This document shows positions 1 to 14,300 of a stretch of DNA of 64,000 bases, in pieces. Location of the stretch: contig JAAOMT010000112.1 in the NCBI GenBank assembly GCA_016748015.1, forward strand, positions 67,382-131,381. The letters are read 5' to 3'. Positions within the stretch are counted from its first letter, which is position 1. Each line of letters opens with the position of its first letter. The stretch comes from Geosiphon pyriformis uo1. Lineage: Eukaryota; Fungi; Glomeromycota. The notes under the pieces are model-generated. The model did not search any database. It was not told where the DNA came from and saw only the letters and a program-made list of their open reading frames with translations. The position numbers and the translations under genes were made by a program.

Positions 1-4
1 TTTT

Positions 5-79
<75 letters not shown>

Positions 80-337
80 CTTTTGTAGAGCAACAACATT
101 AAAAATTAACTATCTTAAAATTAGACTTTGTAATAGTTTGATAAAAAAAAGAAGCTTTCTTTAAGTATTAAATATTAACTTTATTTTGTTAGCTTATTAG
201 AAGAACAAAAAGACAATATTAGACTTTAACAATTGTTATTGATTAGCTTGGAAAAAAAACCACCATAACAACACAATTACAAAAACAATATCTCTTGTCT
301 TATAACCAAAAAACTCAATAAGTAAAATTTTAAATAA
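1..337 (-). mobile_element. 3' end with poly(A) tail of a non-LTR (LINE/SINE-type) element, family distinct from LINE-A/B
   Basis: Poly-T at 1-84 is followed by ~250 bp that align to the reverse complement of 20415-20713, which also ends in an A-rich tail (e.g. caacattaaaaat.aact..., aaaaagacaatatta.a.t.taacaatt, cttataac.aaaaaa.tcaat.agtaaaa.tttaaataa). Confidence 0.65.
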
Positions 338-2948
338 ATTAATTCATGATTAAAACCAATGTCTTTAGAAAGCTATCTAGTTTTTATTATCAAATTACAA
401 GTATCAAACATTATGACCATATTTCACCAAGTTTATCTATAACAATATTTATATTATATAAATTATAAATTAATTATATATTTAAATATAAATATAAATA
501 ATATGTAATTATATACTTATTTTATATTAGTACTATCTGTAATAATAAAAACAAATTTAATATTTATTGTTTTTAATTTAGTAATTATATTTTCAGTTTT
601 ATTTATATCTTTTTAATATTTTTTATATTTAAAACTAATATTAAAAACTTTTTAAACATAAAGTTTTTCTTTTAATAATAATATAATAGTTTTCTAAAAA
701 TTTTTATTTCTAATATTTTTTTAATTATTATATGTTAAAGTTATATTTATTGGATTTTTTTCAAAACAATATTTATAAATTTATTAATATTATTAACAAT
801 TTTATTTAAAATTTGATTACTTAATTTTTGATAATAATAAAAAATTTAAAAATTTAAAACATTGTTTTGTTTTAAGATTATTAACTCAAGATAAAAATTA
901 TTTACAAAAAACTATTATTTAAAACAAAATTTATCAAAATTGGTTTTAATTTTTATTTGTTAATAATTAGATAATAAAATTATTTATTAAACTATAAAAT
1001 TTTAAAAAAACTATTATTTTTTAAGATAAAATAAAAAAAATATAATATACTTAAAATAAATCTTTGATTATTTAATATTTTTAATAAAAATTTATTAATA
1101 TTTAAATTTATAATCAATAATAAACACTTAATATAAAAAGTTTTTTATTTATAAATAATAAAGTTAATATTTAACTTATTTATTTTTGTTTGTTTTTCAA
1201 GTATAGTTTAATTAAAAAAATAATTACATTTTTTTAAATATTATATAATAAAATTTTTTTGTTTTTTTTTAAAATATTGAAACAATATTTGTAAAAAGTT
1301 TTTATTATATTTATTTAATATAAAAAATAAAGATAACATTATTAAGATTTTAATAACTTAAATTAAAAAACATATTTCTAAATCATATTTTAAATATAGT
1401 AAAAACATAAATAAAAAATAATAAAACAATATTTATATGTAATATTATATTAAAATATTAATATAAACATAGAATATAAAATATTATCTAAAATATTTAT
1501 ATTTATATAATATAAAATAAAAATTCTAATTAATTATATAATATAATATTAATATATAATATTTTATTAGTTAAATAATATGTTAATTTATATAATTTGT
1601 AACCAATTATAAATTATAATATATAATGTAATTATTCATATTTTGTTATCTATAATTTTTTTATTTTTTATTTTTAAAACAGTTTACAAAACTTTAAAAA
1701 ATAGGTTTCTTATTTGACTGAAATCTCAATCTTATCCCAAAAAGGGCGAAAAGTTCCTCGGTTGAGATGTGTTTTATAAAAATAAATATAAAACTATATA
1801 TATAAAATATAAACTATATTTTTTAATATTATAATTAATAGTATAAATAAAAAACATCCCTAAAACCTTAATGCGGCCAATTATGGCCAGGGAAAATCAA
1901 TTTTGTTTGATCGTATATTGCAAACGAAATCACCTGCCTTTCAAGAAATGGTACCATGATAAAATTAAACGTGTAAATACCAAAGTCTGGGATAGATAAA
2001 TTTGCGATAATAAATTCTTGCCAACTATTTTTATCAATAAATAAGTTTAAAGTAAAAATTAATTGTATATTTGACAATTAAAGACTCTTATTGGACTTTT
2101 TATACAGAAAAACTAAATCATCAACAAAATGCACACAAAAGTGTACCCAGGTTAAAAAAAAATATGATTCCACTGATCAAGTATTATTGTGATTGCGGTT
2201 TACAAATCGTCTTTTAGAGTTAAAATGTTTCAATTATTTGAAAATACAATTTTTTTTTATTTTTTTTTGAATAATATTAATTCGACTCTTTAATAATTAA
2301 AACTTTTGCTATAATTTTGTAAATCTCAATCTAAATATTAAATTAAGATAAACTACAATTAATATAATGTTTAATTGTTAATAATTATAATATAAAATTG
2401 TAATTTTATTATTATTATTTTTTTATATAATAGTATTATATTTATTTTTAATTCTTAAGAATTTTAAATTTTTTTAGGTTGAGGAGATAGAGAGAAACAG
2501 GATACTATGAGGAAATGAGGTATTGTGAAAAAATATAATTCCAAATTTGTATATTAATCATTATTTTTAATCATGTTTATCATTAACTTTTTTAAATTTA
2601 GTTTTCAATTCAATTCAATTCAACTCAATTCAATTAATTGATTATAATTTTTTAGAAATAAAATTAAAGTAAAATGGGTGGCTGATCACGAGTAGTTTGT
2701 TGCCTAATGTACGATAATTGCGTTGTACGATAATTAATAGTTGGTAGTTGGATTTTAATAAGTTAATATTATTTAAAACACAATTCACTGACCGGGGACT
2801 AACATTTTATATATTACACATTAAAAAAGGTTGTATTATATCCGAAATAGTGTACACTTTATTGTCATTTAAATCAGATTAATACAATCAAAAAATATGC
2901 CCTTAAGAATATAGATTTGTTTCAAAGTAAATCTCTTGGATCATATTC

Positions 2949-3173
2949 ATTTGTATATGTTTATTTATTCACATCACATTATCACCTTTCTTCTTATATT
3001 TGTCTATATTAATATAGTCTTTTTACCGCTTCTTTCTTATATTTGTATATGTTTATTTACTCATGTTATATTACCACTTTCTTCTTATATTTGTCTATAT
3101 TAAATATAGCTTTTTTACCGCTTTTTTCTTATATTTGTATATGTTTATTTACTCATGTTATATTACCACTTTC
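2949..3173. repeat. Tandem duplication, ~92-bp unit, ~2.4 copies
   Basis: atttgtatatgtttattta.tca...cttcttatatttgtctatatt.aatatag..tttttaccgct recurs at ~2949, ~3041 and ~3133. Confidence 0.85.
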
Positions 3174-3358
3174 AATGACGTTTTCTTTGATTTATCTTTG
3201 TCATGTATCATTTAAAGGTATAAAAAGGGTACCTATCCCTTTAATTCAAGAAAAAATATCTTTTTAACTCAAGAAAAAATATTTTTTAACAAAAAAATAT
3301 AATTTTAACTGACGAAAAAAAGAAATTTATAAAAAATTTATAAAACTAAAAATCAATA

Positions 3359-3592
3359 ATGGCTAATAATAACCAATTAAATTCTATTAAGGGACCATAT
3401 ATTCCTTCAGAAACTGAAGTTTTAATCAAGAAGGCTCCAGAAGTGCAGCGAGTCATTCCTCCTAATCGAATAATTGTTCAAGAAAATTTCCCTTCGACCT
3501 GGATTCTTGATGGGAAAAATATCAACTTCACACAACAAGAATTATTAACCGAGGATAGCTTTCACTATTCCTTCACCCCTACAAATCCCTAA
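3359..3592 (+). CDS. Small orphan ORF (77 aa), function unknown
   Basis: ATG-to-stop ORF with higher GC and retained CpGs within AT-rich intergenic DNA. No recognisable domain. Confidence 0.3.
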   Translation: MANNNQLNSIKGPYIPSETEVLIKKAPEVQRVIPPNRIIVQENFPSTWILDGKNINFTQQELLTEDSFHYSFTPTNP

Positions 3593-4616
3593 TCTAACGA
3601 CAGGCCCGTTAACGGTCGATCACCCAACGAAATAAATGGCTCCCCGACTTAATTTTCGCGAGTTACATCTTCTGCCAACCGTTTTGTGAAATTTTTTATC
3701 GACACTTTTTTTTTTATTTCGGATTCTTATTGATTCCATATTCTCTGTTCACGTTTAAAAAACGGTTACACATTTTTTTATCCGTTCACGTGTCGTTCTG
3801 TCACGCTTTCGTTTATTACTCAAACGTAAATTAACATATAAATACATATAACACAATATGACAATACACTACTCTTAGAACAAAAATCTTTAGATTAAAT
3901 TCCCCCATTTGAATTGTTTGTGGTCCCGTCCGAAATTAGAATTAATATTTTTGGTTATTGAAATTTATTTATTTTATTTTTTGCTCTAACAAAGTAAGGC
4001 CCTTCATCTTAATTACAACATAAATTTTTTCAACATGTGACCAGCTACTCTGATATATTATTATTTATTATGAAACCTCTCTTCGTGTTTACCCTTCCCC
4101 TTATTACTAGATAAATAGTTCTTTGTACTTTTTAATGGTATTCTAATTTCCTAATAAAAATAAAAACCTTTTATTTAACAAATTTTATGTTTGACAGATT
4201 CTAAAATATTATAAAATCTTTTAATCCATCAACATTAATAAATGAATATATATTAACAGACATTTTTTTTTAATTCATTTATACAATGGTTTAAAATAAA
4301 ACAATAATATATATATGTAAAAATTTATTATTTTGTTCGAAATACCTGTTTTAGAGATAAAATCAATTATAGGAAATATATATAATTAAAAAAAATAAAT
4401 TTTTTGCTTCTTTTTAGTTATGATATCTTATTTAGCGAAAAAGAAAGCTGTTTTTACTATTAATTTATTAGTCGTCATTATCCCTATTTAACTAAACTTT
4501 ATATGTGTATACGCACTTTATGTTTGTAACTTAACATAAAATTAATATTAATTTTTATTTTATTTTATTTTATTTTCGAAAAGACCCTTGTTGACTATTA
4601 GTTAAAAATTTATATT

Positions 4617-7550
4617 ATGCGTTGTAAAAGTTGCGGAAGTACTGATATCGACACTGAGACTTCTTCCGGCGAAACTGCCTGTAAAGCTTGCGGTTGGGTA
4701 TGTTTTTTAAAGTTATATATAAATTTTTCTTGATCTTTTGAAAATGGAAAATTTTTTTTTTCAAGAGAAACTTTTTGTTCATACAAAATTTTTTTTTTTA
4801 TAGGTCATCGATGAAGGTAGAATAGTATCAGAGATTACTTTTGGCGATTCGGCTTCTGGAGCCGCAGTTCCTCAAGGAACTTTTGTGGGCAGCGATCAAA
4901 GCATGTATTCATTTTTAGTGTCAGAGTTTTTACTCTCTATGTTTACACATATATGTAGTCTGTTTTTGTTTTTGGTTACTAATTATTCCTAAATATTTTT
5001 TGGTCATAGAACGAGCCAGAATCAATGGTCCGTACAGAAAAGATTCGGAACCTAGAGAGGTAACTTTGAGGAATGGTGGGCATTAAAAAATTTATTCTGT
5101 TAAATTTTATTATATACATACTTAAATACGCTAATAATTTTCGTTCGTCACTTTTCTTTTAGCACGTGCAAAAATTGAAAATATCGGAAGTACATTGCAT
5201 CTCAATGGAAAGCTTAAGGATGCTGCACAGCGAATCTTCAATCTAGCCGCAAAAGATTATAATTTTATTCAGGGTCGGAGTCTAAGTATAGTAGCAGCAG
5301 CCTGCGTTTATATGGCCTGTCGGATGAAGGCAGCCGAAATTATGTTAATCGATTTAGCTGATGTCTTACAAGTAATTGTTAATCTTTATCATGTCAATTT
5401 TTCCCCATACCAGAGTTTGAGGTCAATCCTGAATATTTTTAATCAAATTTCTGTCAAAATTTATTGAAGACTAGTGTTTTCACAATTGGTGCCACATTTT
5501 TGAAATTGAGAAGAGAGCTCAATTTGGACAGGAATAACAAAGTACCGCTTGTAGATCCATCATTATACATTACAAGGTTTGCTCATATGCTTGATTTTGG
5601 AGATGACACACCCGTAGTGGTCAAGGATGCTCTGCGACTTGTCCAAAGAATGAAAAGAGATTGGATGGTAACCGGGAGGCGACCTGGGGGTATTTGTGGG
5701 GCATGTAAGTTTGTTTCTTAATAATTGGCATATGATATATTGTTGTTTTTTAAATTTTTTCATTTTCTTTCTAAAAAAAGGTTTACTATTGGCGGCCCGA
5801 ATGAACAATTATCATCGAAGTATGAGGGAAATTATCTCAGTAGTAAAGATTGCTGATGTCACAGTAAAAAAAAGGTAACTTAATCCTGATTTATAAAGCT
5901 TACGAATTTTTTGTATTTCATAATTTTTAATAATTAATCAACAAACTTTTCGATTCTATTAGACTAAACGAATTTAAGGCTACGCCTTCATCGCAGCTCA
6001 CTGTAAATGATTTTAGGGAAGTAAAAATCCCGGAATGTTGTGACCCACCAGCTTTTACAAAAGCTCGCAAGTTAGAACAAAGTTTGAAACCTCAATCCGA
6101 ATCATTATATCCTACATCATCCATCGACTTGGAAGAATTAGGACCTATATCAGAGGATGAAGGAAATGTTGTAGAAGAAGGGATTGAAATAGAAGAACGA
6201 TTGGAAGAGGATCAAGTAGAAGAACAATTGGAAGAGGATCAAATAGAAGAACGATTGGAAGAAAATAAAATAGAAGAACAATTGGAAGAGGATCAAGTAG
6301 AAGAACGATTGGAAGAGGAACAAGTGGAAGAACGTTCGGTCTTTGAAGAAGAAAACGAAATAGAAGAACAAATGCTTGTTGAAGAAAATTTTTTAGTAGA
6401 ACAATCTATCCTAGAAGAGGACGATTTAACGCAAAATAACATAGGGCAAAGTCATATGGGCAGCCCTGATTTAAGTCAGAATGAAGAATTAGAAGAAAGT
6501 AGCCTTCAGGATGGAAACGAGAGTTCAACGAAGCGAAAACGAGTAGCTGGAGAAGATGGGGGAGATGAGGACATAGAGAGTGTTGTAACAGCTACAAATT
6601 CCAATGGCTACGATGACATGGATGAGGAAGAGACGGAAATTGCTAACGAAATGAGTTCTTATCTTCAAGATGATGAACTCAATCAAGCTGCAGAGGAAAT
6701 GGAAGGCAAGCTCTCTAAGATTTGCTGTAAGATGAAAAAATTTTATATCTATTTTTTCAAAATAAGAGTGCTTACTCTTCAAAATTTAGAAACGATTCGA
6801 CAGAGACGAATGTCTTTGTTTAAACCTGATGACGAATTAGGTTCTGATCTTGATGATGATGAGATCATTAACGTAATTTTAACTGAGCAGGAGATTGAGA
6901 TAAAAACTAGAATTTGGTGGAAAGAAAATGGACAGTTTATGAAAGAGCTCCGAGGTAATAGGAAAATTTCCTCAACTCTAGATTCAAAAAAAAATTTGAC
7001 AAATCCCTATTAATTGCTAAAAATAGAAAAACAGATACGTGCCGCACAGAATCAATCTGGTCGTACTAAGGTAAAAGATTTTTTGAGAACTTTCTAGTTT
7101 TTTTGAATTTCAACCAAATTATTTTGCATACTGTAGCGTAAACGCAACAAAAAAGCAAAACCTAACGAGCAAGAGGAATTTTCAAGCCCCGCGGAAGCTG
7201 CCAAAAAGATGTTGACTGAAAAGCGCCTTTCAAAAAAGATCAATTACGACGTACTCGACAGCCTTTTCGAAGATACTTTTTCCAACAAACTTAATAATAT
7301 AAACATACCAAGCTCTGTTCTTGGTCAGGACGCCAAGAGTCTCGATGCGGTAGCACATGATCCTTCAAGAAATCTGGCCACTTTTAAACTAGATGAAAAC
7401 TCTGGTATCGACGAACCGGTGAAGAAGACAAATTATTATCGTGAACCTGAACCGGAAATGAGCGAGTTCGAGAAAGAACGTAGACGTCTTGGATTTGCAC
7501 ATGATCCTGACCCTTATGATGAACCCTATTCGGATTATGATGAAAATTAA
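4617..7550 (+). CDS. BRF1: Transcription factor IIIB 90 kDa subunit Brf1 (multi-exon)
   Basis: N-terminal Zn ribbon MRCKSCG...CKACG (exon 4617-4697), IVSEITFGDSASGAA, TFIIB cyclin repeats (FIQGRS...AACVYMACR; DPSLYITRFA...MKRDWMVTGRRPGGICGA), DPPAF, and the C-terminal Brf1 motif KRLSKKINYD. Intron 2 is GC-AG. Confidence 0.96.
6192..6332 (+). repeat. In-frame 27-bp tandem repeat (EE[R/Q]LEE[D/N/E][Q/K][V/I], ~5 copies) in the acidic linker of BRF1
   Basis: gaagaac[g/a]attggaagaggatcaa[g/a]ta units are visible directly. Confidence 0.85.
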
Positions 7551-8157
7551 TGAAATGTTGTAAAGTGATATAAAAGTTGTAAAGATTGTTAAACGTCTGG
7601 ATAAGGAACAATTCGATTGATTTTTTATCTTTTTTACTCTTGATCGTCAAGATTTTAAATTAGCACACTTTTTTTTTTCTTTACCATCCTCCTTTTGTTC
7701 CATTTGATGAAATAAAAGCAATTTAAAAGAGACAAACGTTCTTGATTCGCAGTTTTACTGTTTGAGAATAAATTGCAATCGAGTTTGCATCTTATTTGTT
7801 TGATGAGCTGTTAAATTATAATGATAAGCCTGTGATTATTTTCAGTTCAGATGGCTATTAGGATAGAAAAAATTCTATCATACTATAAATTTAGGAACAA
7901 TATCCAATACTTTAACGAGAAACTCGAATTAATTTGGTTTTTAATTCGAATATATATATTATCCAAAAGTGAAAACAAATAAAAAAGCGGAAGAGGGCAG
8001 CTTATAAGACGCTAGTTAAGATTCGAGAGCGGGAAAAATCATCAAATGGGAATTTGAGCCACCTAACCATTCATATGTTGCCGAAAGATGAAATTTGCAG
8101 TTCGAGAATAAAAGGGCGTAATCTCATCAGCGTGCCCAAGTTTTTAATGTTTTTTAC

Positions 8158-9222
8158 TCAAACCAAGGCCAGCTCCAAGGTCCATGTCCGCCTACACCAT
8201 AACCTCACTGGTATATTTTTTTCAGTACCGATGGAAACTTCCAACCCATCCCACCAGCATTTTCTCTGTAAGTAAAGTAAATAGAAAAACGAAAATCATC
8301 AGTACTGCGCAATAGTCTGAGATCTGAATAGATAATTAATTAATTAATTAAATACCGCAGGTTTTCTCCAGAATAGGAGCAGTTTTTGGGCGGTGGCCAT
8401 CTGATTACTTTGGCCGGTTGTCTTGAGCATTACCAAGGCAATACTGACAATACTAGTCTTTTGTGGTTCAATATTACGATAACCCCATTCATCTTCGCGC
8501 GAGAATCCAGATACACAAAGCATATCTATCAAATGTTGTTCGGCGACGTTATTTTCTTTATTGACGTTACGCTGTAATGCGGTAAATATCTTTTTCTGAT
8601 GTAGCAAATATTCTCCACATTCAGTCTTCAGTGTAAAAATGTTGAATGTGGCTGGTTCAACTTCAGTTGATTCACTGACTTCGTTACTTTTGGCCGCTAC
8701 TTGTGAAGTTGTTTGAGATAATGATTCATTAACTAAGCCAGCTGTTTTATTTGATTTCGGTGGGACCGTAAAATAATCCAATTCTTCACGTAAAACAATT
8801 ATCGCTTGCTTATTCAACAATGGGTTTTGCGATGGAGTATGTGGAAAAGTTGACGAGCTTCCTTGATTGGAGTAAAAGGCCTCTTGTGCTGTTTTGTAAA
8901 AATTTAAAATGTATTCCAAACATTGTGGGTCAAAATCAACGTAAATGGTTTGGTCTTCTATAGGAATCGAATCGTCAGAGGTGTCGTCCTCAGGATCCTC
9001 TTCTTCCTCATAAGGGTCAAGTCCTCCCCGTCCCAATATAAGACCATTAGGAAACATTACAATAAGGATGCTTTCGGGCAAACTCATTAGCATCTCTCGG
9101 TCAATTTCAAAACGGATACCACGAAGTTCCAAAGTCAATTTTGAAGGATAACCTGATTCAGAAATTTGAGGCGCCTGTAAAGGAACCACCTGGGTTACCA
9201 AAGAAGCAGCTACTTGAGACAT
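8158..9222 (-). CDS. WHI2: Whi2-family BTB/POZ-like growth regulator (2 exons)
   Basis: LELRGIRFEI...LPESIL, DFDPQCL, LREELDYF, HLIDMLC.SGF, then KLLLFWRKPA|RKCWWDG...RLWCRRTWTLELALV* after splicing a short intron (~8266-8356). Confidence 0.93.
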
Positions 9223-10392
9223 GACTATTATAGATGAAAAGGGAGTATACTGATTCTATATTGTCTGCAACTTGCTAAATATGAAATATTATTCAACCCT
9301 TATTTTGCAATGGTATTGTATAGAGTAAAGAAAGAAACTTTAGTGAAATATTAGAATTAATGAATCATTCAACTTCGTTTATAAAAGGAGGCTCCAGAGT
9401 AAAGACAATTGCCAAAGAATGAATAAAACAAAGTGTTGAGAAAGGTTTTCGTAGAATTACAATGGGAGCTTTACTCGGAATATAGAAATGTGATGTCTGT
9501 AATACACACATTTCGGTCATTTAATTATCTTTGTATAAATGTGGCACGAGAGATTTGAATTTTTGGAAATTTTGAATGATAGTGTTACATATACTAATAT
9601 GCTGAATATAAATAGTAAAACCATGTGCAGCTATATAAAGAAGACAAGAATATTCTAGATAAATTATATTTTTTAATTCATTATTACATATTATTAAATT
9701 TTTAAAAACTGAATTTTAAATTGTACAATAAATTTGTTTTTTTAGTAATTTAATTTTTAAAATCAATAAAAATATTTGTTATCAACTGTTTTAATGAATT
9801 TAATGTATATATATAATGAATTTTTTGCATATTTTGATTTTTTTTTAAACATTTTTAGCCAACTAAATTATAAGCTTTTTGTATATTTCGTTGTATTATT
9901 CACATTTTTATACTTTTTTTTAAGATATTCTCTATAATTATTACTAATTTAACAACAAAAATCAGTATTTTTGTTAATAGTTTATACATAAATAATATAT
10001 AGCTTAGCAAAATTTTTGACAAATGTTTTAAATAGTACAATAAGTCTTGTATTAATGAGACTTAAAAATTATTAACATCCAATTATTAAGCATATTTAAT
10101 TTTAAAGCTTTTAAAATTTATCTTAATTATAATCATCTTTTATCAGCAATTTTTTGTTTTAAATTGCAACTGATTACAATTTTTATATTAACCATCACAG
10201 TTAATTAAAAATAATTATAACAAAAATTTAATAATTAACACATCTTAATTGGTTAATAAATAAATCCACTAAATGTCTACACGAAGTTTTTGTGTCGATG
10301 CAATTTTTTGATGGACAGGTTTGAAACTCTGTACACTAATATATAATCGTAGCTATACCCTTTCATAGTCTCGTGAACTGAAAACGGCCACT

Positions 10393-10992
10393 ATGAGTGC
10401 CGGGTTTAGGCAAATCCCTTTGGTTGCAAACGGGGATCAAGTTAACTGCCGCGCGCACAACCTAGAGACTTGCGCCGCTTGCGACCTCGACTTCGCTCCC
10501 CTGAATCAGTTATGCAAAAACTTGAAACCGATAAACGGTCAAGTTCCTCCACCAAACATCGTCACTCAGAATCTCTCATTGCAAATCACTCGCCTTAAGG
10601 ATGAGGGTAACAAAAACTTTCACGCTCAAAAATATACCGAAGCTATAAAACTTTACTCCTTGGCCGTAGATATGGCGTTTCAAAGACCCGTTTGGGAGTC
10701 TAGTGGCTTGGCAAAGGATGAATTGTCAGTGTGTCTTTCTAATAGGGCGGCAGCTTATATTGCCGTGGAGGCTTGGGTTGATGCGTATGTAGATGCTATG
10801 GCTGTAATACAAATAAGACGTGATTGGTCAAAAGGTCATTTTAGAAAAGGGAAGGCTTTAATTGGTCTCAAACGTTATGATGAAGCGGTTGAGGCTTTCA
10901 AGCTCGGCCTAGGTTTTGAACCAAACAGTGAGGAGATGCGAATAGCGTTGAAAGAAGCTGAAGCACTAATCAATCAGTTGCAAAAAGAGTAA
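10393..10992 (+). CDS. SEC72: Sec72-like TPR subunit of the Sec62/63 translocation complex
   Basis: Single exon, 199 aa. Three TPRs (LKDEGNKNF...AIKLYS; CLSNRAAAY; WSKGHFRKGKAL) with the RPVWE motif typical of fungal Sec72. Confidence 0.75.
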   Translation: MSAGFRQIPLVANGDQVNCRAHNLETCAACDLDFAPLNQLCKNLKPINGQVPPPNIVTQNLSLQITRLKDEGNKNFHAQKYTEAIKLYSLAVDMAFQRPVWESSGLAKDELSVCLSNRAAAYIAVEAWVDAYVDAMAVIQIRRDWSKGHFRKGKALIGLKRYDEAVEAFKLGLGFEPNSEEMRIALKEAEALINQLQKE

Positions 10993-11373
10993 TTTTGTCT
11001 GCTCTTCAGCCAAATATGATAATGAAGTTGATTAGCCTGTTGAAAGAAGCTCCTCCAATGTTTTTGTCTCAAGTTTTTAGGGTCAATACTGGCCGGAATA
11101 CATGTATTCAAAATTACACTGTAAAATTATTAAATTCTCTTAAAATAATAATACAATTCTTAAAAATAGCATTAACACTCTAGGCAGGAATTCAGGAGAT
11201 CAGTTTATGAAAGCTACAGAATACCGGCACAAGGGTATGGGAAAGTGAGATGTTTTGATGGTAGATGAAAAAATAAGCTATTAAATAAAAGTACAAAAGC
11301 AAACTCATTAAATATTTTTGGATATCGAAAAATGAAATATTAGAATGGCATACAAAATGAACATGTTTTCCAA

Positions 11374-14300
11374 TCATAAACCAATTGGTTTTTGCAGAGT
11401 AGTATCGTATGCCCGCATAACTTTCGCTTCCTAAAATACGAGTTGTCAAAATGCGGAAAATTTTTTTTAAAAAAAAGATCAAAAGTAAAGTTTACAAACC
11501 TGGCCTGATTCGTTCTGTGAAAAAGCGAAACCACGATTTCGTCGTAGTCTTTGAACAGCACGCACTTTTCTGATTGCCTTTTGAAATTGCTCCATACGTG
11601 GTCTGTAATCTGGGATATTGAACTTTTGTATTTCTTGAACAGTATGATAGGTCCTGGCTTTGTACATACGTTTTGTACTAGAATCAAAGCAAATCAAAGC
11701 AAATCAATGTAAGTCAACAATTCGAAAATAATTCACGATTGAGAAAATATCAGGCAACTTACTATTTCCAAACATAGTCCCTCAGAAGACAAAATATCGG
11801 AAGCAGAATAACGGTCAAATAAAACACTACGCTCGAGAATAGTTTAGGAACAATTCCATCATATTCCTCAGAAAAATTTAATCTTGGAGCGATAGATGCA
11901 TAAATGGGCAAGAAAACGACCCAAAATAGAAATGAACCAGGTATCGCAAGATATGTGTATTTTGTCCACAAGCTGAAATATAACGATCGAAGGAGAAAGA
12001 TTAAAATCGGACAAATATAAAAGGAAGATTAAGTTTGAAAAAGCCTAAGTCTGTACTCTGTAATTAGCGCGGCTTTTCCCAACACTGTGGCAAGAACAGC
12101 GGTATATAGCGTAGTGCCCCAGACCCAATGGCCTGCGATTTGACCGTCATGAATCAATGGTTCTACATCGAAAATAAATATCGAAGCCCAGTAAAGAATC
12201 TGGGTAGCGTTCGTATTTGAAAGCAAAAAATATTTTAAAACCATTTTTCATATCTGTATATAATAAAAATTAACTTACCAAAGAATGATAAAAAGCATTT
12301 ATTGTCCATCCCCAAAAATTTTTTACGTTGAACTGTGGTAATTAGAAGATTAATAAAGGGTTAAGCGCAAGCCAGAGATGATTGAAAGTATTCATACATA
12401 CAAATTCACTTTTTTGTCCTAGCATATACATCTGAGGGTAACGATCCAGCATTCTTGCACTAACATATTGATCAAATACGCCAATCACAACTGGAGGTAA
12501 CACTGTAAATAGGACATTGTAAAAACTAATAGTCCAAGACTCGTATATAACTTGGCCAGAAAATCCGTTTTGGAAGGCATACTAAATAAATCAAAAGTGG
12601 TATAAACACCAATTATTTATCTCATTACAAAAAATTGTGAATGCACTTACCCAAAATTGCGTCATGTATAAGGTTATATTCTTGTAGAAGGAATATAATA
12701 TGAGCTTACTTAAGCGTTGATAACTCCATGCACCATGAACAAGTAAGAGTTTTTTAAGGTAACGGAATTGACTGATCGCAACATCTGCACTACGAGCTGC
12801 CTGTAAGCCTTCAAGACCACTAATTCCAACACCAACGTGAGCAGCTTGAATCATGGAAACGTCATTTGCACCATCACCAATGGCTAGCAAAATTGCTTTG
12901 AGATGATGCTTCACCAATTTCACAACTAACGCTTTTTGGAGTGGTGAAACACGGCAGCATATAACAGCTTTGCACATTGTGGCAAGTTCAAGGAAAAGTT
13001 TTTCGAGATCTTTCTCAAGCGCAAAGTCAAGTGAACGACCATCAATAACAAGTGCGACTGGCTATGTATTAACCAAAGAATTGATTATCTGTTATAATTT
13101 CAAGAATTGGTGAATAGATTTTTTTTTAAATAATTACCTCAGCATCAGGATTGATACGATCTTTAATTGCTTTCACCTTTTTCTCGAGATAATCTTTGGT
13201 TTCCCAATGGCTTTCTTCATTAACAATAATAAGAGACATTTCTTCTTGAATTAATTTGCAACTCAAACCAATATTTATGGCTGTTTCTTGTCTGTCACCC
13301 GTCAATACCCAAATTTTAATTCCCGCTTGTTGAAGGGTATGAATGGTCTCGGGAACACCATCTTGCAGTTTATCCTCGATGGCTGTGGCACCTAACAAAA
13401 AAAGATTTTTCTCTATCATTTCTGCAGCTTTGTCAAGTTCTTCTTGTCGGTTAACCAAAGTTGTTGAAGCCTTCTCATAGACCCCGGCCCAAACTCGATA
13501 TTCTTCCTCTGATACCTCACGCATCGCTATACAGAGGGTTCTCAAACCATCTGTAGCATATTCTTCTAAGTGTTGTAGCGTTTGTTCAACAAAGGGATTG
13601 TCCTCACTCAAACGCTCCAAAATAACCGTATCCGCTCCCTTACAGTAAAGCTGTATTTTTCCTTCAGGGCTTCGCACTACAGTTGACATACGTTTGCGTG
13701 TACTGTTAAATTCGCAAATATTTAGAATTTCATATTGGAGTTCACGATTTTCAGCAAGAATGGTGACCGATTTTGGACGACGGGTCTAAAAAGGATTTAT
13801 AGTCAAATGATTTCTAAGGAGCCAAACACTAGATAAAAAAAAAACATGTTTTAAATACCGTGAATGTATAGCCCAAAACCGAAGCACCTTTAACAAGGGC
13901 AGCTTCGTCCGGAGACGATGCTTGATAAATTATATCTGATAAAGGCAAATAAAACTAAGAGAATATTTGGAAAAATAATACATTAAAAAATCAGATAAAG
14001 AAATAGTTTACCATTAGGGTCTTTTTCATTGCGCTCAGGAATTACAGTATGACATACGGCCAGAAGAGTAAGAAACTCATTTATCACATTTGCAGTAGAA
14101 TGATTCCTTAAATTATCCTTTAATACTTTAAATTCATGCTGCCCAACTTCAACTCCGTCAACTACGTGGGCACGTTTACCCTCTTCGACAACATCAGAGT
14201 AAGCTAAACCGGCAATAGAGCATTGACGAAACTCCATTTCATTGCAAGTAAGAGTGCCGGTTTTATCCGAGAAAATGTATTCAATCTGTCATCAGGAGGT

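Noticed and set aside
1-84. Poly-T at the window start as a telomere or pure artefact
   Set aside because: No TTAGGG-type repeat. It adjoins sequence homologous to another A-tailed repeat (20415-20713), so it is better explained as a retroelement tail.
1722-1770. GC-rich hairpin with CCC-AAAAA-GGG-CGAAA resembling a hammerhead, or a U2/U5 snRNA fragment on the minus strand
   Set aside because: No CUGANGA core, no U2 branch-pairing GUGUAGUA and no intact U5 loop 1.
1868-2077. 69-aa minus-strand ORF
   Set aside because: Non-ATG start, no motifs, no splice support.
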